Positions 48,380-64,000 of a DNA stretch of 64,000 bases are shown in pieces. Within the stretch, counting starts at the first letter, position 1. Every line of letters starts with the position of its first letter. The translations under genes were made by a program, and so were the position numbers. Below the pieces are notes generated by a model. That model did not search any database. It saw nothing but the letters and a program-made list of their open reading frames with translations, and was not told where the DNA came from. This DNA comes from Euglena gracilis (Eukaryota): NCBI GenBank assembly GCA_039621445.1, contig CP154954.1, forward strand, positions 34,631,737 to 34,695,736, written 5' to 3'.

Positions 48380-48468
48380 GCCCCAACAGCCGCAGACAGC
48401 CACCCACAAGCCACAGCAGCCGGGTCACGGGTCACGGGGGCCACGACAGCCAACCAGGGGCGTCGGGG

Positions 48469-63228
<14,760 letters not shown>

Positions 63229-64000
63229 AAATTCAGGGCCGCATGAACGCGGGCGATTCGGACTCGACAATGGACCTCAATCTGCCAGCGCCTGTCCGTC
63301 TCAACCAGGGGTTTTTGTTAAGACCGGTCAGGGTGGGGGGAGGGGGTCCCCCCACCCACTCACCCCCTGGCCCCCCCGGGGGGGGGGGGGGCGGGGGACG
63401 CACAAAAAAATGGCCGAAAATCGCGAAGTGCTAAAAAAGCACCTTTTCAAAAATTTTCGGCGCCTTCGAAAAGCATCCCACCCCCCTCCAGGAGGACCCC
63501 CAGGGGGTGGGTGGGTCCCCCCTGACCCACTCACCCTCCCCCCCCTCTGGGGGTCCACGACTGAAAAAAATCCTGGTCCCAACCCCACCTGTGGCTTCCT
63601 CGTCCATTGTTGGGCCACCTCTGTGTGCACAGGCTCTCGGCAAGCATCCCCCACAACCACTCAACTCCAAACCATCTCAGGGGTGGGGCGGAACATTCTC
63701 CCTTCCAAAAGTGCTTTCTTTTGGGCCACTCAATCAATCCCATGGGTATCAACTGAGCCCACATACTCCGTCCACTTAACTGCCCAACAAACTCCCATAA
63801 GCCACGTCACTCACCCACAGACCGCTATGAGGCACTGCCAAGCACCTGTGGTCATCCAGAATCCCAGGCACGCCCAGCCATTCCATAGGTACTGGGAATA
63901 CCACCCCAGCGCTGGGACCACCCCGAAGCATTGGACCACTTTCCGCTTGACCATTGAACACCAGGGACAGGGGGGCATTGAATGTACTGAAAATCTGACG

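Overview
Eukaryotic, repeat-dense nuclear DNA, most consistent with a euglenid (Euglena-like) genome. This is inferred from short GC3-rich exons separated by both GT-AG introns and stem-forming non-GT-AG introns of the N3-CDG...CHG-N5/6|R type. Three multi-exon genes can be partly reconstructed by eye, all on the minus strand: an LRR plus Pro-rich protein (5' end probably outside the window, stop at 48469), an MFS/MFSD8-like transporter (44225 to about 24031), and an MCTP-like C2/transmembrane protein (about 20200 to 2639). A fourth gene may start near 2141. Introns and intergenic DNA are filled with MITEs (CAG...CTG ends with 8-bp TSDs, or TA TSDs), microsatellites and a 21-bp satellite. The main highlights: (1) a fold-back duplicated DD37E Tc1-like transposase 3' end whose catalytic Glu codon is split by a nonconventional intron resembling a decayed 8-bp-TSD MITE; (2) the arithmetic match between the intron rule (3+5 nt) and the 8-bp TSD of local CAG...CTG MITEs, suggesting these MITEs generate introns; (3) a frameshifted C5 DNA methyltransferase fragment lodged inside a MITE. 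Most ORFs in the supplied six-frame track are spurious. Exon models are manual and incomplete.
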